Assembly (NCBI GenBank): GCA_021850135.1
Contig: JAJZRV010000001.1
Location: 1-63,819 of the forward strand
From: Pseudomonadota bacterium
GTDB taxonomy: Bacteria; Pseudomonadota; Gammaproteobacteria; Burkholderiales; Ferrovaceae
DNA length: 63,819 nucleotides
Reading direction: 5' to 3'
Shown here: in pieces, positions 38,501 to 52,483 of the stretch
Numbering within the stretch: position 1 is the first letter of the stretch
How the letters are laid out: every line of letters begins with the position of its first letter
Position numbers and translations under genes: made by a program
The notes under the pieces: generated by a model
What the model was told of the DNA's origin: nothing
The model's input: the letters and a program-made list of their open reading frames with translations, nothing else
The model's database searches: none

Positions 38501-39821
38501 GGTCATTGCCGCCATTGCTACGGCACCAGGCCACGCCGGAATTGGCGTGGTCCGGGTCTCGGGTCCCAACCTCCGGAATTTTGCTGCGTTACTGACGGGC
38601 AAGGCGCCCCCCGAGCCGCGTTACGCGCGCTTTGTCCGTTTTATGGACAATTGCGCCGAAGTGATTGACGAGGGCCTGTTGATCTACTTTCCAGCGCCTG
38701 CTTCATTTACCGGTGAGGATGTGCTGGAACTGCACGGTCATGGCGGCGATACGGTATTACGGTTGCTTCTTGGGCGATGCCTGGAACTTGGGGCGCGTCT
38801 TGCGCAACCGGGAGAGTTTACCCAACGCGCCTTTTTCAACCGTAAACTCGATCTCGCCCAAGCCGAAGCGGTGGCGGACCTCATTGCCGCTGAAAGTGCA
38901 GCCGCTGTGCGCGGTGCCGCGCGGTCCCTGGCAGGCGTTTTTTCCAGAAAGGTCGCTGCTCTGGTCCAGGAGCTCATTGCGCTTCGATTGCACATCGAAG
39001 GGAGCATCGATTTCACGGAGGAGGGGGTCGAGTTTTTGGAAAAAATCGACCCCCGGGGCAACATCGGCCATATTCTGGCCCACCTTGAAACATTAATTGA
39101 CTCAGCCGCCCAGGGCGCATTGGTGCGCTCAGGGCGCCAAGTGGTTTTGATTGGCGCCCCAAACGTGGGCAAATCCAGTTTGCTGAATGCGCTTGCGGAA
39201 GAGGATCGGGCGCTTGTCACCGACATTCCAGGCACGACCCGCGATACCATTCTGAGCACGATCCTGATTCAAGGCATCCCCTTTCACATTGTGGATACAG
39301 CGGGTATTCGGGAAACGGGTGACATGGTGGAACAGGCGGGCATTCAAAGAACCTGGGCTGCGGTAGAGCGCGCGGATTTTGCCTTGATCGTCACGGATGT
39401 CGTTTCGGGCTTGACCGAAGCGGACCAGGCCCTGATTGCGCGTCTTCCGGCTTCGCTGCCACGGCAGATCGTTTGCAACAAGATTGATCTGGTTGGTGCG
39501 GGGCTGGCTTCGTGTGCGACCTACGGGATCGGGGTCTCTGCCAAGACGGGGACCGGCTTGGCAGAGCTGAAAAACCTGTTGCTGGACCAAGCGGGCTGGC
39601 AAAACCTGTCTGAGCCGCCTTTTCTGGCACGAGAGCGCCACGTGGACGCCCTGCGGGGTGCTCGTCAGCATCTTCTTGCCGCCTTGACGCATCTGACTTC
39701 CGTCGAACTGCTGGCCGAAGAGCTTCGACTTGCGCAGCAAGTGCTGTCCACAATCACGGGCGAGTTTTCATCCGATGACCTGCTGGGCCAGATTTTTTCC
39801 AGATTCTGTATCGGAAAATAG
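38484..39821 (+). CDS. mnmE: tRNA modification GTPase MnmE
   Basis: 445 aa. N-terminus IAAIATAPGHAGIGVVRVSG, G1 motif GAPNVGKSSLLN and C-terminal CIGK. Confidence 0.95.
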   Translation: MMESAEVIAAIATAPGHAGIGVVRVSGPNLRNFAALLTGKAPPEPRYARFVRFMDNCAEVIDEGLLIYFPAPASFTGEDVLELHGHGGDTVLRLLLGRCLELGARLAQPGEFTQRAFFNRKLDLAQAEAVADLIAAESAAAVRGAARSLAGVFSRKVAALVQELIALRLHIEGSIDFTEEGVEFLEKIDPRGNIGHILAHLETLIDSAAQGALVRSGRQVVLIGAPNVGKSSLLNALAEEDRALVTDIPGTTRDTILSTILIQGIPFHIVDTAGIRETGDMVEQAGIQRTWAAVERADFALIVTDVVSGLTEADQALIARLPASLPRQIVCNKIDLVGAGLASCATYGIGVSAKTGTGLAELKNLLLDQAGWQNLSEPPFLARERHVDALRGARQHLLAALTHLTSVELLAEELRLAQQVLSTITGEFSSDDLLGQIFSRFCIGK

Positions 39822-39835
39822 GAGGCATTCCGTGG

Positions 39836-39879
39836 TTTCCCTCCGGCATTGTTTCACGTGAAACAATGCCGGAGGGAAA
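39836..39879. repeat. 44-bp perfect palindrome enclosing the first parS site
   Basis: TTTCCCTCCGGCATTGTTTCAC|GTGAAACAATGCCGGAGGGAAA. Every position pairs with its mirror position (checked by hand). Confidence 0.9.
39850..39865. promoter_or_regulatory. parS centromere-like site, perfect palindrome TGTTTCACGTGAAACA
   Basis: 16/16 match to the widely conserved chromosomal parS consensus tGTTnCACGTGAAAca. It lies 2.6 kb upstream of parAB, near dnaA. Confidence 0.85.
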
Positions 39880-39895
39880 AGTTTCACGTGAAACA
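39880..39895. promoter_or_regulatory. second parS site, AGTTTCACGTGAAACA (15/16)
   Basis: The 17-bp core GTTTCACGTGAAACAAT is a direct repeat of 39851..39867, offset by 30 bp. Confidence 0.75.
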
Positions 39896-39977
39896 ATCCT
39901 TGGAATGACTTGGGCAATCTCCTGCAATGCAGTATGATGCCTGTCCCGCGAGTTACAGGCACTGAAACGGCGCAATC

Positions 39978-41882
39978 ATGCTGTTCCAAAAAAAATTTGA
40001 TGTCATCGTCGTTGGCGGCGGCCACGCTGGAACGGAGGCTGCGCTGGCGGCAGCCCGTTCCGGATGCGAGACGCTGTTGCTGACCCATAGCATCGAAACC
40101 TTGGGGCAAATGTCCTGCAATCCTTCCATTGGCGGGATCGGCAAGGGTCATCTGGTCAAGGAAATAGATGCACTGGGCGGAGTGATGGCCCGAGCCGCCG
40201 ATGCGGCAGGGATACAGTTCAGAATCCTCAATTCAAGAAAAGGACCGGCGGTTCGGGCAACCCGTGCCCAGGCAGACCGCATTCTGTATCGAAACTTCAT
40301 CCGGCACAGCCTGGAAAATCAGCCCAAGCTCACCCTGTTTCAGCAACCCGTAAACGACCTCATGGTACGGAATGGCAGGGTGCACGGCGTCGTGACCCAG
40401 ATGGGGGTGCGCTTTGAGGCCCCCGCAGTCGTGCTGACTGCCGGGACTTTTCTGTCCGGGTTGATGCATGTGGGGCTGGAAAAAAGTCCGGGGGGCCGCG
40501 CAGGTGATCCCCCTGCCATCGTCCTTGCTGAAAAGCTGCGTGAGCTTGCACTGCCTGCGGGAAGGCTGAAGACCGGCACGCCGCCGCGGCTGGACGGGCG
40601 CACGATCAATTACGAGAAGCTGGTGGCGCAGCCCGGGGACAATCCGGTCCCTGTTTTCTCTTTTTTGGGGTCGCCGGAACAGCACCCACGTCAAATTCCC
40701 TGCTGGGTGACGCAAACCACGACAGAGACCCATGACATCATCCGCGCGGGTCTGGACCGTTCTCCGTTGTTCACGGGCGTCATCGAAGGGGTTGGGCCGC
40801 GTTACTGCCCATCCATCGAAGATAAGATTCACCGCTTCAGCGACAAATCTTCCCATCAGATTTTTCTGGAGCCCGAAGGGTTGACGACCCACGAGGTTTA
40901 TCCCAACGGGATTTCGACCAGTCTGCCTTTTGACGTGCAATGGGCATTGGTGCGCTCGATCCCTGGGCTGGAACAGGCGCATATCCTGCGCCCTGGTTAT
41001 GCCATCGAATATGATTATTTCGATCCGCGGGGGTTGAAGGCCTCACTGGAAACCAAGGCGATCACCGGATTGTTTTTTGCAGGGCAAATCAACGGGACCA
41101 CGGGGTACGAAGAAGCCGCTGCCCAGGGGCTTCTGGCGGGAATCAATGCAGCACGCCAGGCCCGTGGCCAGGAACCCTGGTGGCCGCTGCGCAGCGAAGC
41201 CTATTTGGGTGTCCTGGTAGATGACTTGGTGACGCGCGGTGTGACGGAGCCCTACCGGATGTTTACGAGCCGGGCCGAATACCGGCTGCAACTGCGAGAG
41301 GATAACGCAGACCTGCGGTTGACGGAGTTTGGCAGGAAATTGGGACTCGTTGACGAAAACAGATGGCAAGCTTTTGAAAGAAAAAGAGAAAATATAGAAC
41401 TTGAAATGCAGCGATTGCGCGCAACCTGGCTTCGGAAGGCCGCTGTCCTGCCTGACGCAGCTGCGCGCGTCTTGGGGCAGGAACTGGAGCGGGATCAGCC
41501 GCTGCACGAATTGCTGCGTCGTCCCCAGGTGGCCTACCGAGACCTGATGACGCTGCCAGGAGCGGCGCCGGGCGAACCGCTGGCCCCTGAAGTCGCCGAT
41601 CAGGTGGAAATACAGGTCAAGTACGAGGGCTACATCACGCGCCAACTCGAAGAGGTCTCCCGGCACCGGAACCAGGAGCAGACGGTGATTCCGGAGCAGC
41701 TCGATTTTTCTACGGTACGAGGCTTGTCCCGGGAGGTAGAGCAGTTATTGGCCCGTCACCGTCCCCAAACTGTGGGGCAGGCCGGTCGTATTGCCGGCGT
41801 GACACCTGCGGCCATTGCTTTATTGCTGGTGCACTTGCGCCGTTTCCAAACCTTGCCAAACGAGTCCCAACGCATCGCATGA
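39978..41882 (+). CDS. mnmG: tRNA uridine 5-carboxymethylaminomethyl modification enzyme MnmG (GidA)
   Basis: 634 aa with the FAD motif [15 protein letters not shown] and overall GidA-like sequence. Confidence 0.96.
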   Translation: MLFQKKFDVIVVGGGHAGTEAALAAARSGCETLLLTHSIETLGQMSCNPSIGGIGKGHLVKEIDALGGVMARAADAAGIQFRILNSRKGPAVRATRAQADRILYRNFIRHSLENQPKLTLFQQPVNDLMVRNGRVHGVVTQMGVRFEAPAVVLTAGTFLSGLMHVGLEKSPGGRAGDPPAIVLAEKLRELALPAGRLKTGTPPRLDGRTINYEKLVAQPGDNPVPVFSFLGSPEQHPRQIPCWVTQTTTETHDIIRAGLDRSPLFTGVIEGVGPRYCPSIEDKIHRFSDKSSHQIFLEPEGLTTHEVYPNGISTSLPFDVQWALVRSIPGLEQAHILRPGYAIEYDYFDPRGLKASLETKAITGLFFAGQINGTTGYEEAAAQGLLAGINAARQARGQEPWWPLRSEAYLGVLVDDLVTRGVTEPYRMFTSRAEYRLQLREDNADLRLTEFGRKLGLVDENRWQAFERKRENIELEMQRLRATWLRKAAVLPDAAARVLGQELERDQPLHELLRRPQVAYRDLMTLPGAAPGEPLAPEVADQVEIQVKYEGYITRQLEEVSRHRNQEQTVIPEQLDFSTVRGLSREVEQLLARHRPQTVGQAGRIAGVTPAAIALLLVHLRRFQTLPNESQRIA

Positions 41883-42508
41883 TTGCCGTATCGAATTTAT
41901 CAGCCGGGGCAGAGGCCCTGGGGCTGAAGCTTTCTCCCGAGACCCTGGCGCGCCTGGAACGTTACCTCGATCTCCTTGAAAAATGGAATGCAGTCATCAA
42001 CCTGACGGCGGTGCGCGACCGGGAACGCATGGTCACGCTGCATTTGCTGGACAGCCTGACGGTGGTCCCCAGTCTATCTGGACGCTCGAGGTTGCTGGAC
42101 GTCGGCAGCGGGGGGGGGATGCCGGGCATTCCCCTGGCCATTGCCTGCCCTTCATTGAGCGTGACCCTGCTCGAGCCCAACCAAAAAAAGGCAGCATTTT
42201 TGCGCCAAGCCAAGCTGGAGCTGGGACTGGATCAGGTCAGCGTCATTGCAGAACGGGTTGAACGCTGGTTTCCTCCCGAGCGTTATGACGTCATCGTCTC
42301 ACGCGCCTTTTCGGATTTGCCCGATTTTGTGGCGGGTGCGCACCATTTGCGGGCTCCCGGTGGGGTACTGATTGCCATGAAAGGGGGGGTTCCTTTCGAG
42401 GAAATCACGCGGTTGCCGAACAATTTCACCGCGGAAGTCCTCCCGGTGACGGTTCCCAATCTGGCTGCCGAGCGTCATTTGATCCTCATCGGAGAAGCGC
42501 ATTCATGA
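41879..42508 (+). CDS. rsmG: 16S rRNA (guanine527-N7)-methyltransferase RsmG (GidB)
   Basis: 209 aa with [12 protein letters not shown] and the SAM motif [16 protein letters not shown]. The start overlaps the mnmG stop. Confidence 0.93.
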   Translation: MIAVSNLSAGAEALGLKLSPETLARLERYLDLLEKWNAVINLTAVRDRERMVTLHLLDSLTVVPSLSGRSRLLDVGSGGGMPGIPLAIACPSLSVTLLEPNQKKAAFLRQAKLELGLDQVSVIAERVERWFPPERYDVIVSRAFSDLPDFVAGAHHLRAPGGVLIAMKGGVPFEEITRLPNNFTAEVLPVTVPNLAAERHLILIGEAHS

Positions 42509-43299
42509 GTCGCGTGCTGGCTGTGACCAATCAAAAAGGGGGGGTGGGAAAAACCACAACCGTCGTTAATGTCGCAGCAAGCCTTGCAGAGCTGGGACAA
42601 CGGGCGCTTCTTGTGGATCTCGATCCCCAGGGCAATGCGACGACCGGAAGCGGCATCGATAAAAGCGCCTTGAAGCACTCCGTCTACCACGTGCTGCTAG
42701 AGCAAACCCCTCCTCAGGAGGCCCGCATTCGCTCTCCTTCGGGTGGTTATGACGTGCTTCCAGCCAATCGTGAACTTGCGGGCGCCGAGGTGGAGCTGGT
42801 GGACGGGGAACGTCGGGAATATCGGCTCAAGAACGCCATTGATTCGGTCATCAGCGACTACGATGTTGTGCTGATTGACTGCCCGCCCGCGCTCAATCTG
42901 CTGACCATCAACGGGCTTGCCGCAGCCTGGCGTGTCCTGATTCCGATGCAGTGCGAGTATTACGCGCTGGAAGGCCTGTCTGACCTTGTGCAGACCATTC
43001 GCCGCGTACGCAGCCACCTCAATACAGGCCTGGAAATCGAGGGCTTGCTGCGTACCATGCTGGATCCCCGCAACGCCTTGGCACAGCAGGTCTCGGCGCA
43101 GCTTGAACAGCACTTTGGTGCCAAAGTCTACCGAACGGCAATTCCCAGAAACGTCCGTTTGGCCGAAGCGCCCAGCCACGGGCAACCGGCGTTGCGATAT
43201 GACCCGGCATCAAAGGGAGCACAGGCCTATCTGCAACTGACGCGCGAGATCCTGGAGCGGTTTGAAGCGGACGCGCTACACCGCGTCTCCCCGATTTAA
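42505..43299 (+). CDS. parA: chromosome partitioning ATPase ParA (Soj)
   Basis: Deviant Walker A NQKGGVGKTTT. 264 aa. Confidence 0.93.
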   Translation: MSRVLAVTNQKGGVGKTTTVVNVAASLAELGQRALLVDLDPQGNATTGSGIDKSALKHSVYHVLLEQTPPQEARIRSPSGGYDVLPANRELAGAEVELVDGERREYRLKNAIDSVISDYDVVLIDCPPALNLLTINGLAAAWRVLIPMQCEYYALEGLSDLVQTIRRVRSHLNTGLEIEGLLRTMLDPRNALAQQVSAQLEQHFGAKVYRTAIPRNVRLAEAPSHGQPALRYDPASKGAQAYLQLTREILERFEADALHRVSPI

Positions 43300-43314
43300 A
43301 GGAAAAATTACGAC

Positions 43315-44166
43315 ATGGCCAAACTTAAAGGACTGGGAAGAGGGTTGGATGCGCTGTTGGGGGCCGATGCGCCCAGGGCGGGTTCGCAGGAGCCATCCAC
43401 GCTCCCTGTGCAACAGCTGCAACCGGGGAAATATCAGCCGCGAACCCGGATGGACGAGGTGTCGCTGCGCGAACTCAGCCAGTCCATCAAGGGACAGGGC
43501 CTACTGCAGCCCATCCTGGTCCGACCGGTGGCAAATGACCGCTACGAGATCATTGCCGGCGAGCGGCGCTGGCGCGCCTCCCAACTGGCTGGCCTGCTTG
43601 AGGTCCCCGTATTGGTGCGTCCGATTTCGGACGAGGACGCACTGGCCGCCGCACTCATCGAGAATATCCAGCGGGAAGACCTGAACCCCCTGGAAGAAGC
43701 CCAGGGGATCGACCGGTTGATTCGGGAGTTTGGAATGACGCACGAGGCAGCCGCGGAGGCCGTGGGCAGGTCACGAAGCGCCGTAACCAATTTGCTACGG
43801 CTGCTCAATTTAACAGAAAGCGTGCGCTCACTATTGATGGAAGGGGCTTTAGAAATGGGCCATGCGCGCGCGCTGCTGCCGTTGCCTACGGCAAAACAGC
43901 ATCCCCTGGCAACGGAAATCGTCGCCAGGGGATGGTCGGTGCGCGAAGCAGAACGACAGGTCAAGCAGCGTTTGACGGAAAAGAAGGGGCGTTCCCGCAG
44001 CAATGGCGCTCACAGTCGCGACCAGCTCGCACTGCAGGAGGAACTTTCGGACCGATTGGGCGCCACGGTGACGCTCAAGGAAAAGCGCGGTGGAAGCGGC
44101 GTATTGTCCATTCGTTACCATAGCCTGGACCAGTTGGAAGGGCTGCTGCAGCTCTTACGCGCTTGA
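43315..44166 (+). CDS. parB: chromosome partitioning protein ParB (Spo0J)
   Basis: N-terminus GLGRGLDALLG, ParB box IIAGERRWRAS, and an HTH region. Confidence 0.93.
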   Translation: MAKLKGLGRGLDALLGADAPRAGSQEPSTLPVQQLQPGKYQPRTRMDEVSLRELSQSIKGQGLLQPILVRPVANDRYEIIAGERRWRASQLAGLLEVPVLVRPISDEDALAAALIENIQREDLNPLEEAQGIDRLIREFGMTHEAAAEAVGRSRSAVTNLLRLLNLTESVRSLLMEGALEMGHARALLPLPTAKQHPLATEIVARGWSVREAERQVKQRLTEKKGRSRSNGAHSRDQLALQEELSDRLGATVTLKEKRGGSGVLSIRYHSLDQLEGLLQLLRA

Positions 44167-44175
44167 CGACTATCA

Positions 44176-44205
44176 TTGACCCCCCCCTCGAATCAAGTTT
44201 ATAAT
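44176..44205 (+). promoter_or_regulatory. candidate sigma70 promoter of the atp operon (TTGACC - 18 nt - TATAAT)
   Basis: Hexamers read from the sequence. The consensus -10 lies 26 nt upstream of the atpI GTG. Confidence 0.45.
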
Positions 44206-44231
44206 CCGCCCGTTTAGCAGGCGCCCCTGAC

Positions 44232-45369
<1,138 letters not shown>

Positions 45370-45438
45370 TGAAGGTCAGGAGTGAAAGGTTTGGAAGTTG
45401 CAGCATCCCGTTTTTAACTTGTAACAAGTAGATTTTAA

Positions 45439-45714
<276 letters not shown>

Positions 45715-45744
45715 CCAGCAAGCCGAAACTTTGGGAGCAAAGGC

Positions 45745-46215
45745 ATGAATATCAATGCCACAATATTTGGTCAGGCCATCACATTTGCAATCCTGATCTG
45801 GTTCACCATGAAGTTCGTGTGGCCGCCCATCATCGCGGCGCTCGAAGAGCGTGCCCGAAAAATTGCGGATGGACTGGCGGCAGCCGAACGCGGCAAGCAG
45901 GATTTGGCACAAGCTGAGCAGCGTTCAAACGAAGCTTTGAACGAGGCCAAGGCCAAGGCTGCAGAGATCATTGCCTTGTCCGAAAAGCGGCGCAATGAAA
46001 TCATCGAGGCAGCGCGAGAAGAAGCCAAGGTCGAGGCAGACCGCGTGAAGTCACAGGCGCGGGCTGAGGTTGATCAGGAAATCCTGCGTGCCAAGGAAAC
46101 GCTGCGCGACCAGGTGGCTGATCTGGTGGTTTCCGGTGCAGAAAAGATCTTGCGTCGGGAAATCAACGCCCAGGCCCATTCGGATCTGCTGGTTTCAATT
46201 CGGGCCGAGCTTTAA
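45745..46215 (+). CDS. atpF: F0F1 ATP synthase subunit b
   Basis: 156 aa with an N-terminal TM segment followed by a long charged helix. Position in the operon fits. Confidence 0.9.
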   Translation: MNINATIFGQAITFAILIWFTMKFVWPPIIAALEERARKIADGLAAAERGKQDLAQAEQRSNEALNEAKAKAAEIIALSEKRRNEIIEAAREEAKVEADRVKSQARAEVDQEILRAKETLRDQVADLVVSGAEKILRREINAQAHSDLLVSIRAEL

Positions 46216-46223
46216 GGACTGCC

Positions 46224-46760
46224 ATGGCTGAGATGATTACCATCGCACGACCCTACGCCGAGGCGGTCTTCAAGCTGGCCTTCGAAAAAAAGGCCGCACC
46301 GCGCTGGTCCGACATGCTGGGGTTGATGGCGGCCGTAGCGCGCGACCCGGACATGGCCAACCTTGTGGGTAATCCGAAAGTGGATCGAACCCAGCTCGCC
46401 GAAATCTTCGAGTCGGTTTGCGAGGGAAAGCTTGATGAAGATGCGCGACAGCTGATTCGGTTACTCGCGGAAAATCATCGGATTGGTGCTTTGCCAGCCA
46501 TTCGCGACCAGTACGAGGCGTTGCGCCATCAGCACGAGGGCATTCTGGATGCCCAGATCACCTCGGCATTCAGCATGACGGCACCGGAACTGGACGCCTT
46601 GGTCAACGGGCTTGAAAAGCGCTTTGGCAAAAAGATTCGCGCGGAAGTTACGGTGGATGCGTCGCTGATCGGCGGCGTCAAGGTCACGGTCGGCGATTTG
46701 GTCATCGATGGTTCAGTGCGCGCTCGCATTGACCAGATGGCTGTTGCGATAAAACGTTAA
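46224..46760 (+). CDS. atpH: F0F1 ATP synthase subunit delta
   Basis: 178 aa, IARPYAEAVF N-terminus. Position in the operon fits. Confidence 0.9.
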   Translation: MAEMITIARPYAEAVFKLAFEKKAAPRWSDMLGLMAAVARDPDMANLVGNPKVDRTQLAEIFESVCEGKLDEDARQLIRLLAENHRIGALPAIRDQYEALRHQHEGILDAQITSAFSMTAPELDALVNGLEKRFGKKIRAEVTVDASLIGGVKVTVGDLVIDGSVRARIDQMAVAIKR

Positions 46761-46802
46761 GCAGGGGGGCCGCAGGGGCGGTCCACCAGTCAGGAGAACA
46801 CC

Positions 46803-48344
46803 ATGCAGTTGAATCCATCGGAAATCAGCGAACTGATCAAGGCGAAGATCCAGAATCTTCCCATCACGGCAGAAGCGCGTACCCAGGGAACCATCGTATC
46901 CGTCACTGACGGTATCGTGCGCATTCACGGTTTGACCGACGTGATGCAGGGTGAAATGCTCGAGTTCCCAAAGAACACCTTCGGCCTCGCGCTCAATCTG
47001 GAGCGCGACTCAGTAGGCGCCGTAGTTCTGGGTGAGTACGAGCATCTTAGCGAAGGCGACACCGTGACTTGCACGGGGCGCATCCTGGAAGTCCCCGTGG
47101 GCCCCGAACTGATCGGACGTGTCGTTGATGCGCTGGGCAAGCCGATTGATGGTAAGGGCCCGCTCAACGCCAAGGCCAGCTCTCCCATTGAAAAAATTGC
47201 GCCTGGCGTGATCTGGAGAAAATCCGTATCGCAGCCTGTACAAACCGGCCTCAAATCCGTGGACTCCATGGTGCCGATCGGCCGCGGACAGCGCGAGTTG
47301 ATCATTGGAGACCGCCAAACCGGCAAGACCGCGGTTGCTGTAGATACCATCATCAACCAGAAAGGTCAGAACATGACCTGTATCTACGTTGCGATCGGCC
47401 AGAAGGCCTCCTCCATCGTCAACGTGGTGCGAAAGCTGGAAGAGCACGGCGCCATGGAGTACACCATCGTCGTTGCGGCAACGGCTTCAGATTCTGCCGC
47501 CATGCAGTTCATAGCACCGTATGCCGGTTGCTCCATGGGCGAATATTTCCGTGATCGCGGACAAGACGCGCTCATTATTTATGACGATTTGACCAAGCAG
47601 GCTTGGGCCTATCGCCAGATTTCCCTGCTGCTGCGCCGCCCACCGGGTCGCGAAGCCTATCCAGGTGATGTGTTCTACCTGCATTCGCGCTTGCTGGAGC
47701 GTGCTGCCCGTGTCAACGAAGAGTATGTGGAACGCGAAACCAAGGGTGAGGTGAAGGGCAAGACGGGGTCCCTGACGGCACTTCCCATCATCGAAACGCA
47801 GGCGGGCGACGTGACGGCTTTCGTGCCTACCAATGTGATTTCCATTACCGATGGTCAGATCTTCCTTGAAACGGATCTGTTTAATGCGGGGATCCGTCCT
47901 GCCATCAATGCGGGTATTTCCGTATCCCGCGTGGGGGGGGCTGCCCAGACCAAGGTCATCAAGAAATTGGGTGGCGGCGTACGTCTGGCCCTGGCCCAGT
48001 ATCGCGAACTGGCCGCCTTTGCCCAGTTTGCTTCGGATCTTGACGACGCTACGCGCAAGCAGTTGGAACGTGGCCGCATGGTCACCGAGCTGATGAAGCA
48101 GGCTCAGTACGCCACGCTGTCGGTTGCAGAAATGGCGGTCACGCTGTTCTCGGTCAACAAGGGCTACTTTGACGACATCGATGTCAAGCGCGCCCTGGCT
48201 TTTGAATCGGGACTGCGCGCCTTTCTCAAGACTAAGTATGGCGAGCTGATCAACAAGATTGCCACGACCCAGGATCTGGATGGAGATGCTGAAAAAGCAC
48301 TCGATGCTGCAATCCAGGACTTCAAAAAGACGGGCGTGTACTGA
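46803..48344 (+). CDS. atpA: F0F1 ATP synthase subunit alpha
   Basis: 513 aa with the Walker A motif GDRQTGKT. Confidence 0.97.
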   Translation: MQLNPSEISELIKAKIQNLPITAEARTQGTIVSVTDGIVRIHGLTDVMQGEMLEFPKNTFGLALNLERDSVGAVVLGEYEHLSEGDTVTCTGRILEVPVGPELIGRVVDALGKPIDGKGPLNAKASSPIEKIAPGVIWRKSVSQPVQTGLKSVDSMVPIGRGQRELIIGDRQTGKTAVAVDTIINQKGQNMTCIYVAIGQKASSIVNVVRKLEEHGAMEYTIVVAATASDSAAMQFIAPYAGCSMGEYFRDRGQDALIIYDDLTKQAWAYRQISLLLRRPPGREAYPGDVFYLHSRLLERAARVNEEYVERETKGEVKGKTGSLTALPIIETQAGDVTAFVPTNVISITDGQIFLETDLFNAGIRPAINAGISVSRVGGAAQTKVIKKLGGGVRLALAQYRELAAFAQFASDLDDATRKQLERGRMVTELMKQAQYATLSVAEMAVTLFSVNKGYFDDIDVKRALAFESGLRAFLKTKYGELINKIATTQDLDGDAEKALDAAIQDFKKTGVY

Positions 48345-48376
48345 GCACTTCCCTCGTAGCGTAGGACGGAGCTGAA

Positions 48377-49252
48377 ATGGCTGGTTCAAAAGAAATCCGG
48401 ATGAAGATCAAAAGCGTGCAAAACACGCGAAAGATCACCAAAGCCATGGAGATGGTCGCGGCCAGCAAGATGCGCAAGGCGCAGGAGCGCATGCGTGCTT
48501 CCCGACCCTATGGAGAAAAGATCCGCAATGTGGCCTCGCACATGGCCCATGCACACCCAGAGTACCAGCACCCCTTCCTTGTGCGGCGGGACAGCGTCCG
48601 CAACGTGGGCGTGGTGATCGTGACCTCGGACAAGGGGTTGTGCGGCGGCTTGAACACCAACGTCCTGAGAATGGTCGTCCAGTCCATGAAGCAATGGGAA
48701 GAGCAGGGCGCTAAAGTGCAATCGGTCGCCATCGGCGGCAAGGGACTGGGTTTTCTTCAGCGGATTGGCGTTCCCGTGGTGGCCCAGGTCACGCATATGG
48801 GAGACACGCCCCACCTGGAAAAACTGATCGGCCCCGTGAAGGTCATGCTCGACCTGTACGCTGAAGGCAAAGTGGACGCGGTTTATCTTGCCTACAACCG
48901 CTTCATCAACACGATGAAGCAGGAACCGACGGTCGAACCCTTGCTTCCCCTTCCCAAAACGCGTCTGGAAGGAGAAGGCAAAGCGACGTCCATGGCTTGG
49001 GATTACATTTACGAGCCCGATCCCCGCGCAGTGGTGGACGAATTGCTGCTGCGTTACGTAGAAGCGCTGATTTACCAGGCCGTCGCCGAAAACATCGCCT
49101 CTGAGCAGAGCGCGCGGATGGTCGCCATGAAGGCCGCATCGGACAACGCTGGCAACGTCATCGATGAACTGCAGTTGATCTATAACAAGTCTCGCCAGGC
49201 TGCGATTACCAAGGAACTGTCCGAAATTGTCGGCGGTGCCGCCGCAGTTTAA
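48377..49252 (+). CDS. atpG: F0F1 ATP synthase subunit gamma
   Basis: 291 aa. N-terminus [26 protein letters not shown] and C-terminal [14 protein letters not shown]. Confidence 0.95.
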   Translation: MAGSKEIRMKIKSVQNTRKITKAMEMVAASKMRKAQERMRASRPYGEKIRNVASHMAHAHPEYQHPFLVRRDSVRNVGVVIVTSDKGLCGGLNTNVLRMVVQSMKQWEEQGAKVQSVAIGGKGLGFLQRIGVPVVAQVTHMGDTPHLEKLIGPVKVMLDLYAEGKVDAVYLAYNRFINTMKQEPTVEPLLPLPKTRLEGEGKATSMAWDYIYEPDPRAVVDELLLRYVEALIYQAVAENIASEQSARMVAMKAASDNAGNVIDELQLIYNKSRQAAITKELSEIVGGAAAV

Positions 49253-49276
49253 ATCTACTCAATAGTTAATGATTAG

Positions 49277-50665
<1,389 letters not shown>

Positions 50666-50677
50666 CGGAGAAACAAG

Positions 50678-51103
50678 ATGGCCAACTTGATCCATGTGGA
50701 TGTGGTCAGCGCGGAAGAGCAAATTTTCTCGGGCAATGCCGAGTTTGTTGTTCTGCCTGGTGAAATGGGTGAGCTCGGAATTTATCCGCGGCACACGCCC
50801 CTGATCACGCGCATCCGCCCCGGGACGGTTCGCCTCCGGGTTCCCGGGCAAGGCCCTGAAGAGCTGATTTTTGTCTCGGGCGGCATCCTGGAAGTTCAAC
50901 CGGACAGCGTGACCGTATTGGCAGATTCCGCCATTCGGGGTCGCGATCTGGACGAAGCCAAGGCAATGGAAGCCAAGCAGCGGGCTGAAGAAGCGCTCCG
51001 CGACCGATCCGCAGAAATCGATTACGCCAAGGCGACCGCTGAACTTGCGGAAGCCATGGCGCAGCTCGCAGCCATCCAGAGGTTGCGCAAGGGCGCGCAC
51101 TGA
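50678..51103 (+). CDS. atpC: F0F1 ATP synthase subunit epsilon
   Basis: 141 aa. Position in the operon fits. N-terminus [13 protein letters not shown]. Confidence 0.92.
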   Translation: MANLIHVDVVSAEEQIFSGNAEFVVLPGEMGELGIYPRHTPLITRIRPGTVRLRVPGQGPEELIFVSGGILEVQPDSVTVLADSAIRGRDLDEAKAMEAKQRAEEALRDRSAEIDYAKATAELAEAMAQLAAIQRLRKGAH

Positions 51104-52479
51104 ACGCGTCATCCCTTAACATCGTCATCCTTGCCGCAGGTCAGGGCAAGCGTATGAATTCGGCCCTACCCAAAGTGCTGCATCGGCTCGCTGCAAAGCC
51201 GCTGCTGCAGCACGTTGTGGATACGGCGCAAGCACTTTCTCCCCAAAGAATTACGGTGGTTCACGGACATAACGCGGAAACCGTCAGGACCGGCACGATG
51301 TCTGCGGGCCAGCCGCTTCACTGGGCACTGCAGGAACCTCAGCGCGGCACGGGCCACGCAGTGATGCAGGCCCTCCCGCACCTTTCCGAAGAAGGTATCG
51401 TTCTCGTGCTCTACGGTGACGTCCCGTTGCTTCAGGTTGAAACGCTGCGCAGGCTGACGGCATTGGCTGACGAGCACCATTTGGCGTTGCTGGTACAACA
51501 GATGGATGAGCCGAAAGGCTATGGCCGCATCGTGCGCGATGCCCGGGGGCGCGTCGTGGCCATTCGTGAGGAACGCGATGCCTCGTCAGAGGAAAAGGCC
51601 ATTACCGAAGTGAATACCGGCATCATGGCGATTCCGGCGACGCGTCTTGCACAATGGTTGGCGCGCCTTTCCTGCCAAAACGCCCAGAACGAGTATTATC
51701 TGACCGATGTGGTTGCACTGGCAGTGCAGGATGGCATCCCCATCGAGACAACCACGCCCACCAGTCCCTGGGAGGCCCTGGGAGTGAACAGCAAAAAACA
51801 ACTCGCCGAACTGGAACGTATTCACCAGCACGAAACAGCAGAGCGCCTCCTTGAAGCCGGGGTGACCCTGTTTGATCCGGCGCGCCTGGACGTTCGTGGA
51901 ACGTTGACTTGCGGCAGGGATGTCCAGATCGACGTCAATTGCATTTTTGAAGGCAAAGTCGTCCTCGGGGATGGCGTCCGTGTCGGGCCTCATTGCGTGT
52001 TGAGCGATTGCCGTATCGATGAAGGGTCCGTCATCCACGCTTTCAGTCACCTGGAGGGAGCCCACGTCGGCAGAAACAACCGGATCGGGCCCTATGCGCG
52101 ACTGCGTCCGGGCGCCCACACGGACCACGATGTGCACATCGGTAATTTTGTAGAGATCAAAAATAGCACACTGGGTGCTGAGACCAAGGCCAATCACCTG
52201 TCCTACGTTGGTGACAGTAGTGTGGGGATGCGCGTGAATGTGGGAGCAGGAACCATCACCTGCAATTACGACGGGGTCAACAAGCACCGTACCATCATTG
52301 AAGACGATGTTTTCATCGGTTCGGACACCCAGCTGGTTGCGCCGGTCACTGTCGGCAAGGGCGCAACCATCGGTGCCGGGTCCACCATTGTGGCGGCGGT
52401 GCCCCCAGACCAGCTGACCCTGTCGCGCTCAAAACAGGTCAGCATTGCCCGCTGGAAGCGGCCGCTCAAAAAAACCTGA
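51100..52479 (+). CDS. glmU: bifunctional UDP-N-acetylglucosamine pyrophosphorylase / glucosamine-1-phosphate N-acetyltransferase (start assigned to CTG 51100; first ATG is 51154)
   Basis: The essential N-terminal signature [13 protein letters not shown] is encoded upstream of the first ATG in an open frame with no ATG/GTG/TTG. From the CTG the protein is 459 aa and aligns residue for residue with the E. coli N-terminus MLNNAMSVVILAAGKGTRM. The C-terminal half has hexapeptide repeats. Confidence 0.85.
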   Translation: MNASSLNIVILAAGQGKRMNSALPKVLHRLAAKPLLQHVVDTAQALSPQRITVVHGHNAETVRTGTMSAGQPLHWALQEPQRGTGHAVMQALPHLSEEGIVLVLYGDVPLLQVETLRRLTALADEHHLALLVQQMDEPKGYGRIVRDARGRVVAIREERDASSEEKAITEVNTGIMAIPATRLAQWLARLSCQNAQNEYYLTDVVALAVQDGIPIETTTPTSPWEALGVNSKKQLAELERIHQHETAERLLEAGVTLFDPARLDVRGTLTCGRDVQIDVNCIFEGKVVLGDGVRVGPHCVLSDCRIDEGSVIHAFSHLEGAHVGRNNRIGPYARLRPGAHTDHDVHIGNFVEIKNSTLGAETKANHLSYVGDSSVGMRVNVGAGTITCNYDGVNKHRTIIEDDVFIGSDTQLVAPVTVGKGATIGAGSTIVAAVPPDQLTLSRSKQVSIARWKRPLKKT

Positions 52480-52483
52480 ACGC

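Noticed and set aside
39836-39879. The 44-bp palindrome considered as a classical intrinsic terminator of mnmE.
   Set aside because: The stem is flanked by AAAAG on the + strand and, by symmetry, the same on the - strand. No 3' U-tract follows the stem on either strand, so it does not fit the canonical model. It is kept as a finding for other reasons.
39754-39975. 73-aa minus-strand ORF with an internal repeat IVSRET...IVSRET.
   Set aside because: The peptide repeat is simply the translation of the duplicated parS core. There is no RBS or gene context.
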